From contig NC_058383.1 of the NCBI RefSeq assembly GCF_018350175.1, forward strand, positions 18,478,001 through 18,538,000: DNA of 60,000 bases, written 5' to 3'. Below the pieces are notes generated by a model. The model did not search any database, was not told the DNA's origin, and was given only the letters and a program-made list of their open reading frames with translations. A program made the position numbers and the translations under genes. Positions 11,821 to 26,110 of this stretch are shown in pieces (positions within the stretch are counted from its first letter, which is position 1; each line of letters opens with the position of its first letter). The stretch comes from Felis catus. Its lineage: Eukaryota.

Positions 11821-14482
11821 CCAACCCCGGCTGCACACCAGTGATCCTCACGGGGTGTGGTGCAAACCTCGCAAGGAGGCTTTCTGGAGTCACTTTGAGG
11901 ACTGGTACGTGAAGCCGGTCTGGAGGCGGGTAGCCGGCCTTCTCCGAAGTCCCGCCTCGTGTTTGAGAAGCTGCTGCTAAAATGAACGGGGGCGGCTGAC
12001 TCTGATGATACAGTCCAAATGTGAGGCACAGCCCGATGCTGGGGACGTTGGTGACAGGCGGAAATCAGAAGTGATGTCTCTCCTCCCCCTACCCATCTCC
12101 ACCCACTCCCCTCCCCAAAACCCACTGAAATATTGTAACTATTGTTCTCTTCCCGATCCTTACCGACACACCAATGTCAGGACAAGTTCTAAATAAATAC
12201 GACTGCCTGGGTCAGGCGTCGGCAAACTTTTTCCGGAAAGGCCAGATCGTAAATATTTCGGGCTTGCAGGCCACACCATTGCCGCTGCAACTACTCCGCT
12301 CTGCCGCTGAGACACAGAGGTTGTCACAGACAACATACAGACGAATGGACCTGGCCATGTTCCAATAACCGTGACTTCTGGCCGCTGAAATGTGAGTTCA
12401 CAGAACTTTCCTAGGTCACAAAATATTCTCCTGATTTTCTTCCCAAACATTTAAAACTGCATAGTTTGCTGACCTCTGATCTGTGTACCGGTTCAGTGTG
12501 GTTTCCCAAGAAGCTTCGATCTTTTCTAATCACTCCCAATTCTTCTTACTTTGAAGGGGGATGTCTGCGTGTTCCCAACTTGCTCTTCTGAAGGCAAGCG
12601 GCGCCGCTAGCTTTTCGGGATTTCACCGGCTCTGAGCCACTCTCAGCCCGAGAGCAAAAGCTCACCTTTTTACCACTCAGTCCCTCTCCCCCCAGGGATG
12701 GCAAACACACGGCCCGAGAGCCAACACGAACTTCAAACATCAGTGCCTTCCCACTGCCCCAAGATTCTGCTGTTGACGGCTTTGGTTGACCAAGCCACAC
12801 GAGAGTTCATAATTCTGTTGGTTTTTCACTTCAACCATCACTTGGGTGTATCAAAAAAAAAAAAAAAAAAAAAAAAGTGAGACATGGAGAGAATTTTTAA
12901 TAAACTGATTTGAAATGCTGGTTACCTGCAAATATTTAAGTGCATGTTTGAGAAAGAATATAAATTATGACCAATCAATTGAGGCGTCTCAATACGGTCT
13001 ACAGGGCAAAGACATACATGGTCACCGACTGCAATGAAATCTATATTTGCAGGGAAATGACAGCGGCCAGATGCATTCTGCCGGGAACCAGATTTTGAGC
13101 AACGCTGTCCTCTCCTGGTACAAGCCTTTACAAAACCCACTTGAGCCTCTGTGCCCAGTCTGGACACACTCGTCTGATTTCACAGTGAGCCAGGGAACTA
13201 CTGGGTGAGGTTTTCCTGTTCTGTCTCATTAGATTAGCTGTCTTCTTAAATTTCTGGGCAGTGATCTGAAGTCTACCTAACTGGATTTTAAAAGTAAAGG
13301 AACCCTATGATACTTTATAAATGGAACAATTTGTGACACATTCCAAAAGTAGTTTTAAAAGACTTAAAAGAGGGTTTATAGACTTGTAAAGGGAAAGTAT
13401 GGGAAAAGAAAAACAGAAGACCCCTGCCTAACACTGAAAAGGAAAAGGGTAGTTTTCAGAGGGAAAATGATCAAAGTATTTTGGTAATAGGATGGGTGAA
13501 ATATACCTAATGCCTATTTGCATATACCTAATACATATACCTACGTATATATTTGCCTTCATATTCATAGCTTTCCTAAGATTAATACCGTTTACTTTTT
13601 ACCTTAAACAACGATAACAAAACCCTGATGGCTCTTAACTGAATCTCTATATTATTATTTGAATTCCAGTCAATAAGATGAAAGGTTATATTCTCAGATA
13701 AACGGAATTGGGTTTTATTGTCTTCCTACGCACGTAAGCTTATCCCACAGCTTTTTGTTTGGTCAGTTGGCCTTTTTCCCCCTCTGGCACACGAAATGGA
13801 ATCTATTTGCCGTCCCTGCTGTAACCATGTGCTCCACCAACAATTTCTGCTCGTGGCAAAGTCGGAAGGAAGCTCGCTGCCGGGGACACTGTGCAAGTCC
13901 CTGCAGTGGTCTCCCCAGGGGAGTCATTTAGATAGTAAACCTGCTTGGGCCTGAGGGCAGCTCAGTTTGAGATTTCAAAATGTACTGAAGCAGGCAGAAA
14001 TATGTGAGACATATTTTGTAAAGGATCTCAATGCGGACAAAGCATGTGGAGCTAAATCCTATCGGGGGGGGGGGGTTCTGGGATGGGGGATTCAGTTTAC
14101 TGCCACAGCCGGGCAAGAAGTCAGGCGGAGGCGAAAGGCCATACACAAAAAAACGTAAAGCAGAAGTGCCAAAGGCAAGGCCACACGAATTCAGGGCTCG
14201 GCTCTGACTCAGTGCCGTGGCCACCGGCAGGGAGGCACTCCGCATCTTAAGACAGGTTGTGCAAGCTCTTTTCCAAATGCTTCTCCCTAAGTCAGCACAT
14301 TTGGACTTTGAAAAGCACGTTTCCATAAAAAGCGGGTTATAAATGATCATTAAGCTCTCAGTCCAGAACCCGTTGGGCTTACGGCTCATCTGAAGTGCTC
14401 ATTACGCTTACAGCTTATCTAAAAGGCAGCCCTTGTAGGCGCCTATTGATTTCTCTGAGCCACTGCGAATCTAGGCAACAGT

Positions 14483-14524
<42 letters not shown>

Positions 14525-14615
14525 AAGAAAGAAAAATCCAAGAGGTAACAGCGATTCTCAACCATAGCTACACATTATAATCCTGGGGGCTTTAAAAATA
14601 CTACAGGTGATTCCA

Positions 14616-14826
14616 TTTTTTTTTTTTAATATTTATTTTTGAGAGACAGAGAGACAGAACACGAGCAGGGGAGGGGCAGAGAGAGAGGGAGACACAGGAT
14701 CCGAAGCAGGCTCCAGGCTCCGAGCTGTCAGCACACAGCCCGACGCGGGGCTCGATCGCACGAACGGTGAGAGTGTGACCCGAGCCAAAGTTGGAGTTTA
14801 ACTGACTGAGCCACCCAGCCACCCCC
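14616..14826 (-). mobile_element. CanSINE
   Basis: TSD cag(g/a)tgattccattt. Confidence 0.88.
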
Positions 14827-15033
14827 AGATGATTCCATTTGTATGAAATGGCCAGAAAACGTAAATCTACAGAGGCAGAAAGCAGATTAGTGTTAACTGA
14901 GGGCAGGGGTGGAACTGAGCACTGACTCTAAAATGGCCTAAGGGATCTCATCGGGGTGAGAGAACTTTTGTAAAATCAGACTGTGGTGACGGTCACACGA
15001 TGCTGTCGGTTTGCTAAGAAATCACTGAGTTTT

Positions 15034-15285
15034 GGGGGCGCCTGGGTGGCTCAGTCAGTTAAGCGTCTGACTGCGTTCGGCTCAGGTCATGATCTCGCAG
15101 TTGGTGAGCTCAAGCCCCACATCAGGCTCCATGCCGACAGCTCAGAGCCTGGAGCCTGCTTCGGATTCTGTGTCTTCCTCTCTCTCTGTTCCTCCCCTGC
15201 TTGCACGCTGTCTGTCTGTCTGTCTGTCTCTCTGTCTGTCTCAAAAATAAACATAAACATTAAAAAAGGAAAAGAAAGAAAGAAA
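15034..15285 (+). mobile_element. CanSINE
   Basis: TSD aagaaatcac(t/c)gagt. Confidence 0.88.
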
Positions 15286-18200
15286 TCACCGAGTGTTGCA
15301 CTTAAAACGTGCGAATTCTATGACATCCCAAGGTGGTTTCAGAAAGATTAATACCCGGACCCCAAGCAGGAATGACCGAACGGAACCTCTGGGGGTAGGG
15401 CCGGGCATTCTGTTGTAAAGCTTCCCCGGCCATTCCAAAGTACGGCGAGGGTTGAGAACCCCCGAGGGAGAAGGGTCAGAGGACCGAAGCTGGCAGGTGG
15501 CGCGGTAACCACCAGGACGCGACAGAAAGAGGGTCCAGCAGTAAACGGCTGGCAGTAGCAAAAACAGAGGTGCTCCCATAGAACGGGCCGCGGCCGCACC
15601 CTTGCTGGGTCAGTACTGCCTGGAACGGGGTCTGATGTGTGTGACTCACAACCGAGCTCACGCTCCTGCCTTTGCAGGCTGAGTGATAAGAACCCGAGGG
15701 CTGGCGGACTCTAAGGTTCACCGCAGGCAAAGAAGGAGACGGAATGCGGTACGAGCTGAGTCAGGGCTCTGGGGTCAGACAGATCTGACTTGGGAGTCCC
15801 AGTGCTGTTGCTTGGTCGCTGCAAATATGAGTGCCCATGCCTTCCACAGTCAAATGGGAATGATGGTCATGATAATGCCACCACCACACTGATCGTTTAG
15901 CGACGCCATTCATCTCCTTCGGCTCATTAACGTGGTCCCGGGTGAGGGTTCACGGAGCGTCAGCTGTCCGGAGCAGTACGACAGATGACCGCCACCTTCA
16001 GATAACTCCCAAGCTAAGTCTTATCCGTGGAAGGTTTCTGCAGTGACCAAGCGTTCTAGCTTCTCCCAGAAGTTACGGCCGAGTGCAGGCCACACAAAGA
16101 TAAAACCACAACAGAAGCGGGCAGCCCGTTCAACTACAACAAAGAGTTGGTTGTGGTCACACTGCGTGGGCTGGAGGCCCCCAAACAGAATCACAGGCAC
16201 GTAACGCACAGAAACTCAGAGACCTAGTACGTGGTGAGTTAGCAAAAACCCTTCATCGAAGGATCAACGTCTCAGTCCTCTGTGCCTGACGCCGCTGGGA
16301 ATGAGGCTATACAAATGCCAGCCCTGGTGGTTCTCAGGTGTGCCTTCCCAGAGGGCCAAAGAACTCTCTGGACGGAAACCATCTTAGGATGACCTTGCTA
16401 TGAGGTGTGTCGATCTTCATTCATTCAGCCGGTATTCGTGGAGCCCTCTCTAAATGTCAAGAACTGGGGAGGCTAGAAGGAGAGAAATGAGCCGCAGTCC
16501 CCACCCTTGGGAGCTAAAAGGAAAGACAGAAATGTAAAGAACCAACTCTGTTCCGAGTTTCTGGGAGCAGAGAGAGAAGCAGAATGGATTGTGTGGCCAG
16601 GGAAGGCTTTACAGGGAAGCAGCCTAAGCAGACCCAACAGTATGGGAGACGGAATGCGCAAAGGGTCCGACACTAGGGCACAGAAGAAGAGGAGAGGGGG
16701 GCCTGGCTGAAAAGAACCAAGAACCAGGAACTAAGGGGCAACAGGGAGCCATTGATGGTTTCTCTGTCCTGGAGTGGCATCAGATTTGGGTTTCAGAATG
16801 AAAATTCTGACACTGGAGGACAGGCCAAAGGTAGGAGAACATTTGAGGGCCTCTGCAGTTATTCAGGGAGTGAACAAGAACACAGGCAGGAAGCCCTCCC
16901 AGTCCGATCTGGGCCGATGCCTTGCTGCTATTTTAAAAGAAATGGTAGGACTGACTCACTGACTATAAACCATCCACTTGAAAAACGCTTTAAAAAGTTC
17001 AAGGAAAACCTATAAAATGTGGAGGTCTCTCTCATCAGGAAAAAAATCAGAACAGAAGCTAGAATTCATGGACATAACTCAGGTAATCAACCAGCTTTCC
17101 AATACTAGATTAAGCTTGCATTCGTACATTCCTCTCTGTTACGAAAGCACTTTGGCATAATTATTTCATTTTATTCTCTTACACGTACCCTTACGGGGCA
17201 ATTTTTATCCCTATCTCACGGGTGTGGAAACTGGGGCAGCCACCCGTTAAATAAATGACATGGGAACCGAAGCCTTTGGACCCTCAGGAAGAGCAGTTTT
17301 AAGGTCCGTGACCAAAGCGGACTCTCTCCTCATTTGTTTTCACGCCAGATTCTGGTCCCAGCTCCACCACAAACTAACCTTACGCTGTAAAAATACAACT
17401 CGTGACATTCCTGTTCCTCCTTTATTTACGTTTGCATCAACCATCTCATGCAACTTTTAACAGATTGCAACAAAAGAGAATATTTGTGAGAAAAGAGAAT
17501 ATTTGAAACCTTCAAAGCTGTGCTTTGCAAATGTACGGTCGTATCTGTATGAACAACAATAAATGCTACATATTTTTCAAGGCATGCAAGGCAGAGAATT
17601 TGGAATAACTGTGGATCCTCTAAGTGTCTAGGAGGAGAACACATTGCAGACGTAGCCCAGAAAGTTCCATGATCAGCGTGGTGCAGAAAAGGAAGGGAAA
17701 AAATGTTCACCTGGAGAACTGGGGTGAGGCTCTTTTGCTGGATGATGGCGAGATTCTGGGTGGACAACACCATAAATCTTCACTTGCCCTTTTTTAAAGG
17801 TCAAAGAAAAGAGTGTTCCAACACCGTGGCTTGATGGAGGGAAGGACGCTATTGATGACTCAAATATCCATTCAGAATGATGAAATGGTCCCTGAATGGA
17901 ACAGTACGGCCCATCGCTGCACTCGACCCCACAGGGTGTCATGCATACTTTGCCGCTAACCTTTTCACTCAGTTAGTCACTGAGCAAATATCTGTTGGAG
18001 TCCCTTCCATGAGCCATCGCGAGTAAGAGTCACGGCCCCTGCGCTGACTGGGCGCAAGGGCTGTCAAGGAAAGTAAGCGATTATGCTCCAGCGCAGTGAG
18101 TGAGGCACAGGGCCTCCGAGAGGAGAGGGCTGTCGTCACCACCATCACGGCTAACTAACGTTTACTGAGCTCATACTATGTGCTTGGCACTGGTCCAGGT

Positions 18201-19149
18201 GCTTCGTAAGAGTTAATCCCCTTGACATCGGCGGTAACATCCAGGGGGTAAGTATCGTTACCTCCACGTTAGGTAGGAGGAAACGGAGGCACTGAAAAGT
18301 GATGTGACCTGCTCCAGGTTTCACGGGAGGGCGCTGAGTCTGGGCAGTTTTGCTCCCGAGACCCGTTCTTCGCCTCTGTGTTCCGAGTGCTTTGCACGTG
18401 TGGACTCACTGAATCCTCAAGATAACTAAGCCATCGATGCTATCACCATACCCATTCTGGAGATGAGAAACCTAGACGCAGAGATGATGATAACTTACCA
18501 AAGGTTAGAAGTGATGGGAGGGCATCTGATGCAGGCCTGAGACAGCAGGAAGGTTTTCTGAAACTGGTGATGGCTCTTGAGACCTACTCCGTGAGCTGGA
18601 TTTAGAAGCTTGGGTGCTGAGGAAGGGTATGTGAAGGCAGTGAGGACGGAGGTGGGAAAGAGAGCGCGGGAAGAACACACGCAAGGCGATAACGGGGGTG
18701 GGAGAACCGCGGGCCCCGGAACCCCTCTTAAGGCTTGGGTGTGTGGGGCCTGCTGGAGTCTGAGGGGGAGCGGGAGGTCATGGCCGCCCACCACGGAAGG
18801 AGGGCAAGGGACAGCTGACGACACCCCCGACCCTGGGACCATCCGACGCTCAGACAGGCAGAGCCTGCTGAAGAGCGGTGGGAACGACCGAGAGGAGGAG
18901 CGGTCCCTGCCGGCCTCTGCACCTCAAAATGAGTATCGGGCACTGGTCCACTACCGGAGGGAGGGCACGAGAGCTGAGGAGAGTTCTAGCTCTCCTGAGG
19001 CAGCCACACAAGTCCTACTAAGTTTGGGGGTAAGGCAGGACAACTGAGATAAACAAGAGCTGCCAAAGGAGACATTTTCACCCGACCCTCAAAGAAGCGG
19101 AAGCCTGTGGCGAACTGAATGCGCCCAGAGCCACAGCAGAGCCCAGACT

Positions 19150-20300
19150 CCTGCAACAACAGACTAGCAGAGCTGAGTGCCTGCACGAACAGCCTGACAC
19201 AAGAGGTGTGGCACTCTCAGTATCCACACGTGGCTAGCATCCCGTCAAACCTCACCACAGGAGAAAAATAGAAACTATGCATTATCAGGACACACAGTCA
19301 ATGGAACTAGATCCAAAGACGGCCAAGATGTTGGAATTATTTTGCAGGAACTCAATTACAGTAAGTACCTTAGAGCATCTAGTGAAAAAGGCGGGCCGAA
19401 TGAATGAGTAGATGAGGGGTTTCATCAGAGGTTTGGAAGTTGAAAGAAATTATCCAAACGAGGGGCACCCGGGTGTCTCAAGTCAGTTAAGCGTCTGACT
19501 TTGGCTCAGGTCATGCTCTCACAGTTTGTGGGTTTGAGCCCCGCCTCGGGCTCTGTGCTGACAGCTCGGAGCCTGAAGCCCGCTTTGGATTCTGTGTTTC
19601 CCTGTCTCTCTCTGTCTCTGTCTCTCTCTCTGCCGCTTCCCCGCTCGTGCTCTGTCTCTCTCAAAGATAAATAAAAACATTAAAAAATTTTTTTTAAAAA
19701 TGACCCAAATGAAAATACAGAGAGGAAGAAAATTGGAACAATATCCAAGAACAGTGGGGCAGAGAACTACTGGATACCCAGTGGCTGGGAAGTATCCAAA
19801 TTTAATGAACAATACCAATCCACTCATTCAGAACTCCAAGAACTCCAAGCAGGATAAACACAGAGAACAACACACCTAAAAGGATCAAGGTTGAAGTGTT
19901 GAGAAAGAGAAAGAGAAAATCTTGAAGGCAGACAGAAAAAAAAAAAAAAAAAAAAAAAAAGAGGCACTTAACGTGCAGGGGAGCGACACAGGAACGACGG
20001 CTGACTCATCATCAGAAACACTAGGACCAAGTGACAATAGAGTGGCATTTTAAAGTGCTAAAGGAAGAAAAAACGAACAAACCAGTCAACCTGCAATTGC
20101 ACACCAAATGCCAATATTTCAAAGATGAAGACAAAACTAGTAACATTTTTGTAAGTAATGTCTACACCCGATGTGGGGCTCGAACTCACGACCCCAAGAT
20201 CAAGAGTCGCGTGCTCTACCAACTGAGCCAGCCAGGCAACCCTAAAATGACGACATTTATCAAAGAGACAAAGGTTAAAGAGATCTCATCTCCTGAAGAC
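19150..20300 (+). mobile_element. Old L1 ORF1-region relic with inserted SINEs (~19462-19700 on +, ~20150-20242 on -)
   Basis: A-rich L1-like motifs (ccaagcaggataaac, gagaaaatcttgaaggcagacagaaaa, gctgactcatcatcagaaac) plus SINE bodies. Confidence 0.55.
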
Positions 20301-20809
20301 CTCACCACGGCACGGTCGTGCGGAGGGGAGGGAGAGGGAGGCGGAGAAGGAAAGAATTTAGGCATCTGCCGTCTATACTGGACCAGTCTGGGTGGGGATA
20401 GCTCTTAGGGAAGGATGATGCCAGCACTGACTCGTCATGGCTGTCTGCAGTCCCGGTCAAAGGAGGGCTGTGAGACTGCACCCAGGCACCCTGGGAAAGA
20501 GAACCAGACAGACTGACAGCGACGACAGAAAGATGTACCAAACAGTCCAACTACGGATGTTTTTTTTTCCCCCAGGCTAAATGTTATTCTTGATGTCACG
20601 CCTTAAGCTTCATTGTGCGGGCACATCGGGCACAAGAAGTGTTTGTTAGAGATTTATCTACTTTCTCGTAAAGTATTAGGATAGTTTAGCATAAAGAGAA
20701 GACTGCCAACTTTCAGCTTGCAGCTTTTAACTTCTTAGGTCTCTGACATCTTGGGAGATTAAGGAAAAGTTCCGGTTGCAAGTCGGCTTGGCAATTTACA
20801 GTTAACTAT

Positions 20810-21035
20810 TTCCCAGCCTTGGCACTTTTGACATTTTGGTCTAAATAATTCCTTCCTGTGGGCTGTCCAGATCACTGCAGAATGTTAACAGCATCCTTGG
20901 CCCTTACACGCTTAAAACCCAGTGGCAACATGTCCCCCTCTCCCCAGCAGGGACAAGCAAAACCATCCGGAGACACTGCCAGATCAGGGGGCGAGGAGGA
21001 CGGCAAAACTGCTTCCGGTTAAGAACCACTGGGAT
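20810..21035. mobile_element. MER20-like hAT relic
   Basis: ggcacttttgacattttgg...gttaagaaccactg pattern. Confidence 0.55.
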
Positions 21036-21536
21036 AAAAAAAAAAAAAAAATCTTTAGGGCTGCCAGGAAGGCTAAAAGATAGCAGTCTTTTTGTGTGAA
21101 AGTCAACGTAACTTAGTCACATTAATAGGATGGGAGGCTTGCAGGAAGAGGAGGGACGCTCCTCTGACTGTGTAATGGCCTGTTTTATGAGTGCTATTCC
21201 TGACGATGTCCATTTGGGGGAGTCCTATATCCTGAGAAATCAAAGAACACAGAAACTTGCTTCACTGCTTTTCCAAAGACCGTTTCTTTGCTTAGTGTCC
21301 TAGGACTTTTTATGAACTGGTGACAGATTTTTTAATTGCCAAGAACTCTGTACCTTTTTCTCAGTAGCTTGTTTTTTTTTTTTTTTTTTTTTTAATGGAT
21401 GTACGAGCCTTTCTGAGGATTTTCTTACATCCTATTGTCCTGCCTTGGACAATGAGCAGGACAGGGCTGCTTCTTAATCAGTCATCTGGGACTTTTTCTG
21501 AATGGCTTTTAGTACCATCTTTTCTAATTCCCAGAT

Positions 21537-21770
21537 TTTTTTTTTTAATTTTTTTTTTCAGCGTTTATTTATTTTTTTGGGGGGACAGAGAGAGACAGAG
21601 CATGAACGGGGGAGGGGCAGAGAGAGAGGGAGACACAGAATCGGAAACAGGCTCCAGGCTCTGAGCCATCAGCCCAGAGCCTGATGCGGGGCTCGAACTC
21701 CCGGACCGCGAGATCGTGACCTGGCTGAAGTCGGACGCTTAACCGACTGCGCCACCCAGGCGCCCCCCCC
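21537..21770 (-). mobile_element. Young felid-type CanSINE
   Basis: Nearly identical to the 4803-5015 element. Confidence 0.9.
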
Positions 21771-24474
21771 CCTTTTTTTTTTTTTAAATACCTAACATTT
21801 CAGTGGACTGTAAGCAGAGAGAAGAAATACACACGTGTTCACCCGGTCACCCGAAACCAAAATGTCTCCCAGAATGTCTTAAGTTCACGAGAGAATTTTC
21901 CTACCCTGGATAATTTCAGGAACCTACTGGTGGAGACAAGCTGTTGTGCTATAACATATTACTATGGTAGTTGTGTTCCTAAGGATTTATGAAAAATCCC
22001 AAATTACACGATCAACGCCTACAAAGGCAGGAGGGAAAAACAGAATGAAGCATGTTCAACTGGCACAGGAAATTCAATGGCATTACTGGGCAAAGCGTCC
22101 CATTCCATCTGGATATCACTTGAACAGGCGCTGGTCTTTTCTCATCACACTCTTAGTAGCATGACCATCTCACACAAGGATACCTCCTTTGCCACCCACA
22201 ACCCAGAAGAACAGAAAAATACTCATGAAAGTGTGAGTTCAGAAGGTGCTGGCCCCTTGTGGGCGGGTGAGGTGGCTAAGACTGACAGCCCAGAGCACAT
22301 CTGCTGCGGGTCAAAGCCCCGTCCACCACCTAAAAGCCGTGTAAGTATGAGCGGGTTACTTCATGTCTCCGTGCCCCTGTTTCCTCGTCCAAAAAGTGGA
22401 GATGTTAAGAATTTCCAACTTCCAGAACTGAGTGGATTAAAAGAGATGATATACGCAACGAGCTAATTCCTAGAAAGCTCAAAATGTGGTCTTTGTTGTT
22501 ATGACGTTAAGTGGCTGAGAGTGTAGACTCTGCAGACAGACTTGCTGGTTCTGTGACCTGGGACAACTTAACTGAAGCTCTCTGGGCCTCTGTTTTCTCA
22601 CCTGTAAAAGGGGATAATACAGCACTGATTTTGGTATTAAATGAGTCAACACAAGACTGGCACTTGGGAAAAGGCCTGGCAGATGGTAAGCACCCAAACA
22701 CACGTAAGCTAGCAGTGTTACGATTATTTTCTTTGGAAGGATCTTCCTGGCAACAGTGTGGAAGGTGCGTGGAGGGCTGGGGAGGGAAGACACACTGGTG
22801 CGCAGGGAAACTGAGGAGTTGAGAATGAAGAGACCGGAGGGAGAATGGGAGATCCAAGTGAGAATAAGGAGCCCCCCCCCCATCCCTCCGCCCAAAAGCA
22901 GCGGATAAGGAGGGGAGGCGACAGAGAGCTATTACAAAGATACAACACGCAGGACTTCGTGACGTGGCGTGGATGGAGAGGGAGAAGGAATCCCCTAGAA
23001 TGGCCACCATGTTTCCACGCCGAGTGACCGGCTAGACAGCGAGGCTCTTCAACTGCAGAGAAAGTCTGGGAGCCTCTGAGGTTGGGGTCAACACGGTCAG
23101 CTCCGGAAATGCCGGATTTAAGGGGTCGATTGAGCGTGCAGTGGAGACGTCCGGTGTGTTTCCTGCTACGAGGTTCCGAAGCACAGCAGAGGCGCCCGGA
23201 AAGGAAACTCAGAGCGTGTTAGCAGGAGCAGCAAAAAACACTGCTTTGGGGGAGTTTGCTCGGAACGCAGATCTGGGGAGAAGACGAAGGCTAAGCACAG
23301 AAGCCTTAGGGGCAACGCAGCGCAAGAGCAGCCCAAGAGCAGAGAGCAGCAGGGAGGCCGCGGAAGAAGCCCAAGAAGCCGGGAGTGTGGGCCACCAGAG
23401 CCAGGATGAAGGACCGGCCAGGAATGCATTGTGGCAGGGAGGGCAGGAAGGTGTGAGGGCGGTGGCTCCCGGGAGCCAAGACGCAGGGCGCCGAGCGAGC
23501 GCAGACAGAGAAGCAAAGCCACGTGAAGAGAGACGCGAGCTGTCGCAAACCTGAACATCGCGAGTGGCAGAAAAGAGCCAGTGGAGAGAGGGAAGCTGGA
23601 AATGCAGAGTGGCCAGAGGAAGGCCGAGGAGGGAAGCCCCCGGGGAGGGGGAGAGCCGTGTGCGTGCGGGAGGTAATGACCTTGACGGCAGGGAAGGTGG
23701 CGGCAGCAGGTCTTCTCTGGGAACTGGGAGGCAGGTCTTCCGGCCCAGGAGAGTGGGTGTGTCTGCAGAAGGGGTGGAGTAGGTTTGAGGGAAGTAAAGG
23801 TCTGGCAAGAAGGCTTAGGAAAACGGGACGGGAAACTGCGCCAAGGGCTGGAAGGCAGTCTTTAAAGCCCAGCTGAGCTTGGAGGCCGTGACAGCTGGGC
23901 CGGCCTGACCCTCCACATGAGACGATCTTTCTGGACCACGCCCTGCATCCCAGGTACAGGCGCCAAGAAGCCCCAGATGAACGAGCCTGGCTGTGGCTCT
24001 GCGCAACAGGTGAAGGAAAGAGGCCGGCTGGACAGACGGCTGGAAGGGATGTGAAAGACACCCTCTGTGACTGACTGAGGTCAGAGAAGGAAAGGGACCC
24101 AGCAAAGCACAGAGGGGGACTGTTCAGGAAAGGAATCCAAAAAGACAAGAGACTGGAGGATGAGGTGGACGATTTGGGTTCCAATTTTAGAAATGGTTCT
24201 TAAAACGCCAAGGCACATTTCTTTCTGGAAAGGAATGCCAGTTTATATTCCCACCTGTGTATGGCTGTGTGACGGCCTTCGTCAGTTCTCCCAAGACAGC
24301 AACATATCATCATTTTGAGCTGTGCCAGTTTAGTAAGTGAAAAATGCAGTCTCAGAGCTTTGGGTTTCTTCGGTTAGTTACAATTTTGAAATGAGTCTTA
24401 TATACTTACTGGTCATCTGTATTTCATCTGTGAGCATTCTGTTCATGGCATTTGCTCACTATAGTGTGCTTTTT

Positions 24475-24768
24475 TGAGTGAGAGAGAGAGAGAGAGAGAG
24501 AGAGACAGGTTAGTGTAGGAGAGGGGCAGAGGGAAAGAGATAGAGAGCAGGAGGGAGGGAGGGACTGAGGAAGGGAGGGAGGGACTGAGGAAGGGAGGGA
24601 GGGAGGAAGAGGAATAGAGAGAGAGAGAGAGAGAGAGAGAAAATCTTAAGCAGGTTCCATGCTCAGTGTGGGGCCCAGCATGGGACTTGATCCCATGACC
24701 TTGGGATCATGACCTGAGCTGAAATCAAGAGTCAGACGCTCGACCAACTGAGCCACCCGGGTGCCCCT
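24475..24768 (-). mobile_element. CanSINE with an expanded purine-rich tract
   Basis: SINE body with (GA)n and duplicated gagggactgaggaagggagg units. Confidence 0.8.
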
Positions 24769-25880
24769 GTCGTGCACTTCTTTCAACTGATCGATAACAC
24801 AGCTTTACACATTAAAGATCTTAATGCTCCGTTGTGGCTGCTCCTGTTTCTACCTAGTCATTGGCCATAATTTTAATTATGAGATAGGCAGACAGAAGTT
24901 TAATTCTTGTGTGGTTAAGTTTATAATGGTGGTTTTATTTGCGTGGTTATCTTTTATTGTTCATTCTCTGTACTTTTATGCCAGAGCGTGAAGAACTTTC
25001 CATCTTTTCCTCCGTTCTGTGGTTCTGGGTTTTCACTTGAAACTCCTCATCCATTTGGAATCGACTTTGGCCCTTAATGGTGAGGTACAATCTAACCCGC
25101 CTACTTTTTCCAGTGCTAACCTGTTGCTTCATACTGTTTCCTCCCTGTCTTCTGACGCCTCCTTACCTCATGCCGCCTTCTTAAATCTCCCAGGGCCGGT
25201 CCCCAGGTGGTAGCAGGAGCCCCGTCTCACCAGCGTGGGAGCGCAGCCGGGAGGCTCAGGCGGCCAAGGTCAGACAGAGAGCCGGGGGACCACACGGACT
25301 CAAGTCCAGTTACTCTTTTCTAGACTCCAGCTGCCCCACAGGAGTCTTCGTTTTCTTAAGCCCTCACCTAAAAGCTTTGAAAACATTATGGAACGGACTA
25401 ACTATCAAAAGAAGCCGATTATCCAGGGAAAGTAATTTCATGTGATCGCCAGATCTCATCGTGGAGAATATCCCATCTCAGCTTTTCTGGGGAAGGCTCT
25501 CACAGACGTCAAGTGTGTGTTCTGGAGAACAGCGGAACACCACCCACCTACACCGGAGGTAGACACCTGTAAACAGCGCTTCTCCACAGATGTGTTTCTA
25601 GCGTGGGGGCCGTGACGACACATCTTTCCAGGAACTAGCCCGGGGTTCTTGGCCGTGGGCTTCAAGAGGTCTGTGGAGTCCGTGAAATTCTCTGCCAATC
25701 TGTGTGTGTGGATGATTTTGGGGGGGGGGGGGAAGAGGCCATCAGAACCTCCATGTAACATCTACAGGGAGCAAGGTTTCTATTCCTAAAGACTGTTCTA
25801 AGAGTCAAAGGCTGCAGTTAAGTCCACTGCCCTGTGACCTGCTGATCACTTCTTTAGAAGTTATATTAACATATGTTGCC

Positions 25881-26110
25881 GGGGCGCCTGGGTGGCTCAG
25901 TCAATTAAGCATCCGACGTCAGCTCCTGTCACGATCTCGAGATTTGTAGGATTGAGCCCCGTGTTGGGCTCTGTGCTGACAGCTCAGAGCCTGGAGCCTG
26001 CTTCGGATTCTGTGTCTCCCTCTCTCTCTGCCCCTCCCCTGCTCACATTTTCTCTCTCTCTCTCAAAAATAAAAACCTTTTAAAAATTAAAACTAACAAA
26101 ATAAATAAAA
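25881..26110 (+). mobile_element. CanSINE
   Basis: ggggcgcctgggtggctcag head and A-rich tail. Confidence 0.88.

Noticed and set aside
17426..17942. Two overlapping minus-strand ORFs in unique-looking intronic DNA
   Set aside because: No match to ARHGAP17 exons or any protein I recognise, and no convincing splice pair.
23141..24184. Several overlapping 130-292 aa ORFs
   Set aside because: Strand-biased purine-rich sequence resembling an old L2 or low-complexity relic. ORFs occur in multiple frames on both strands, with no homology.
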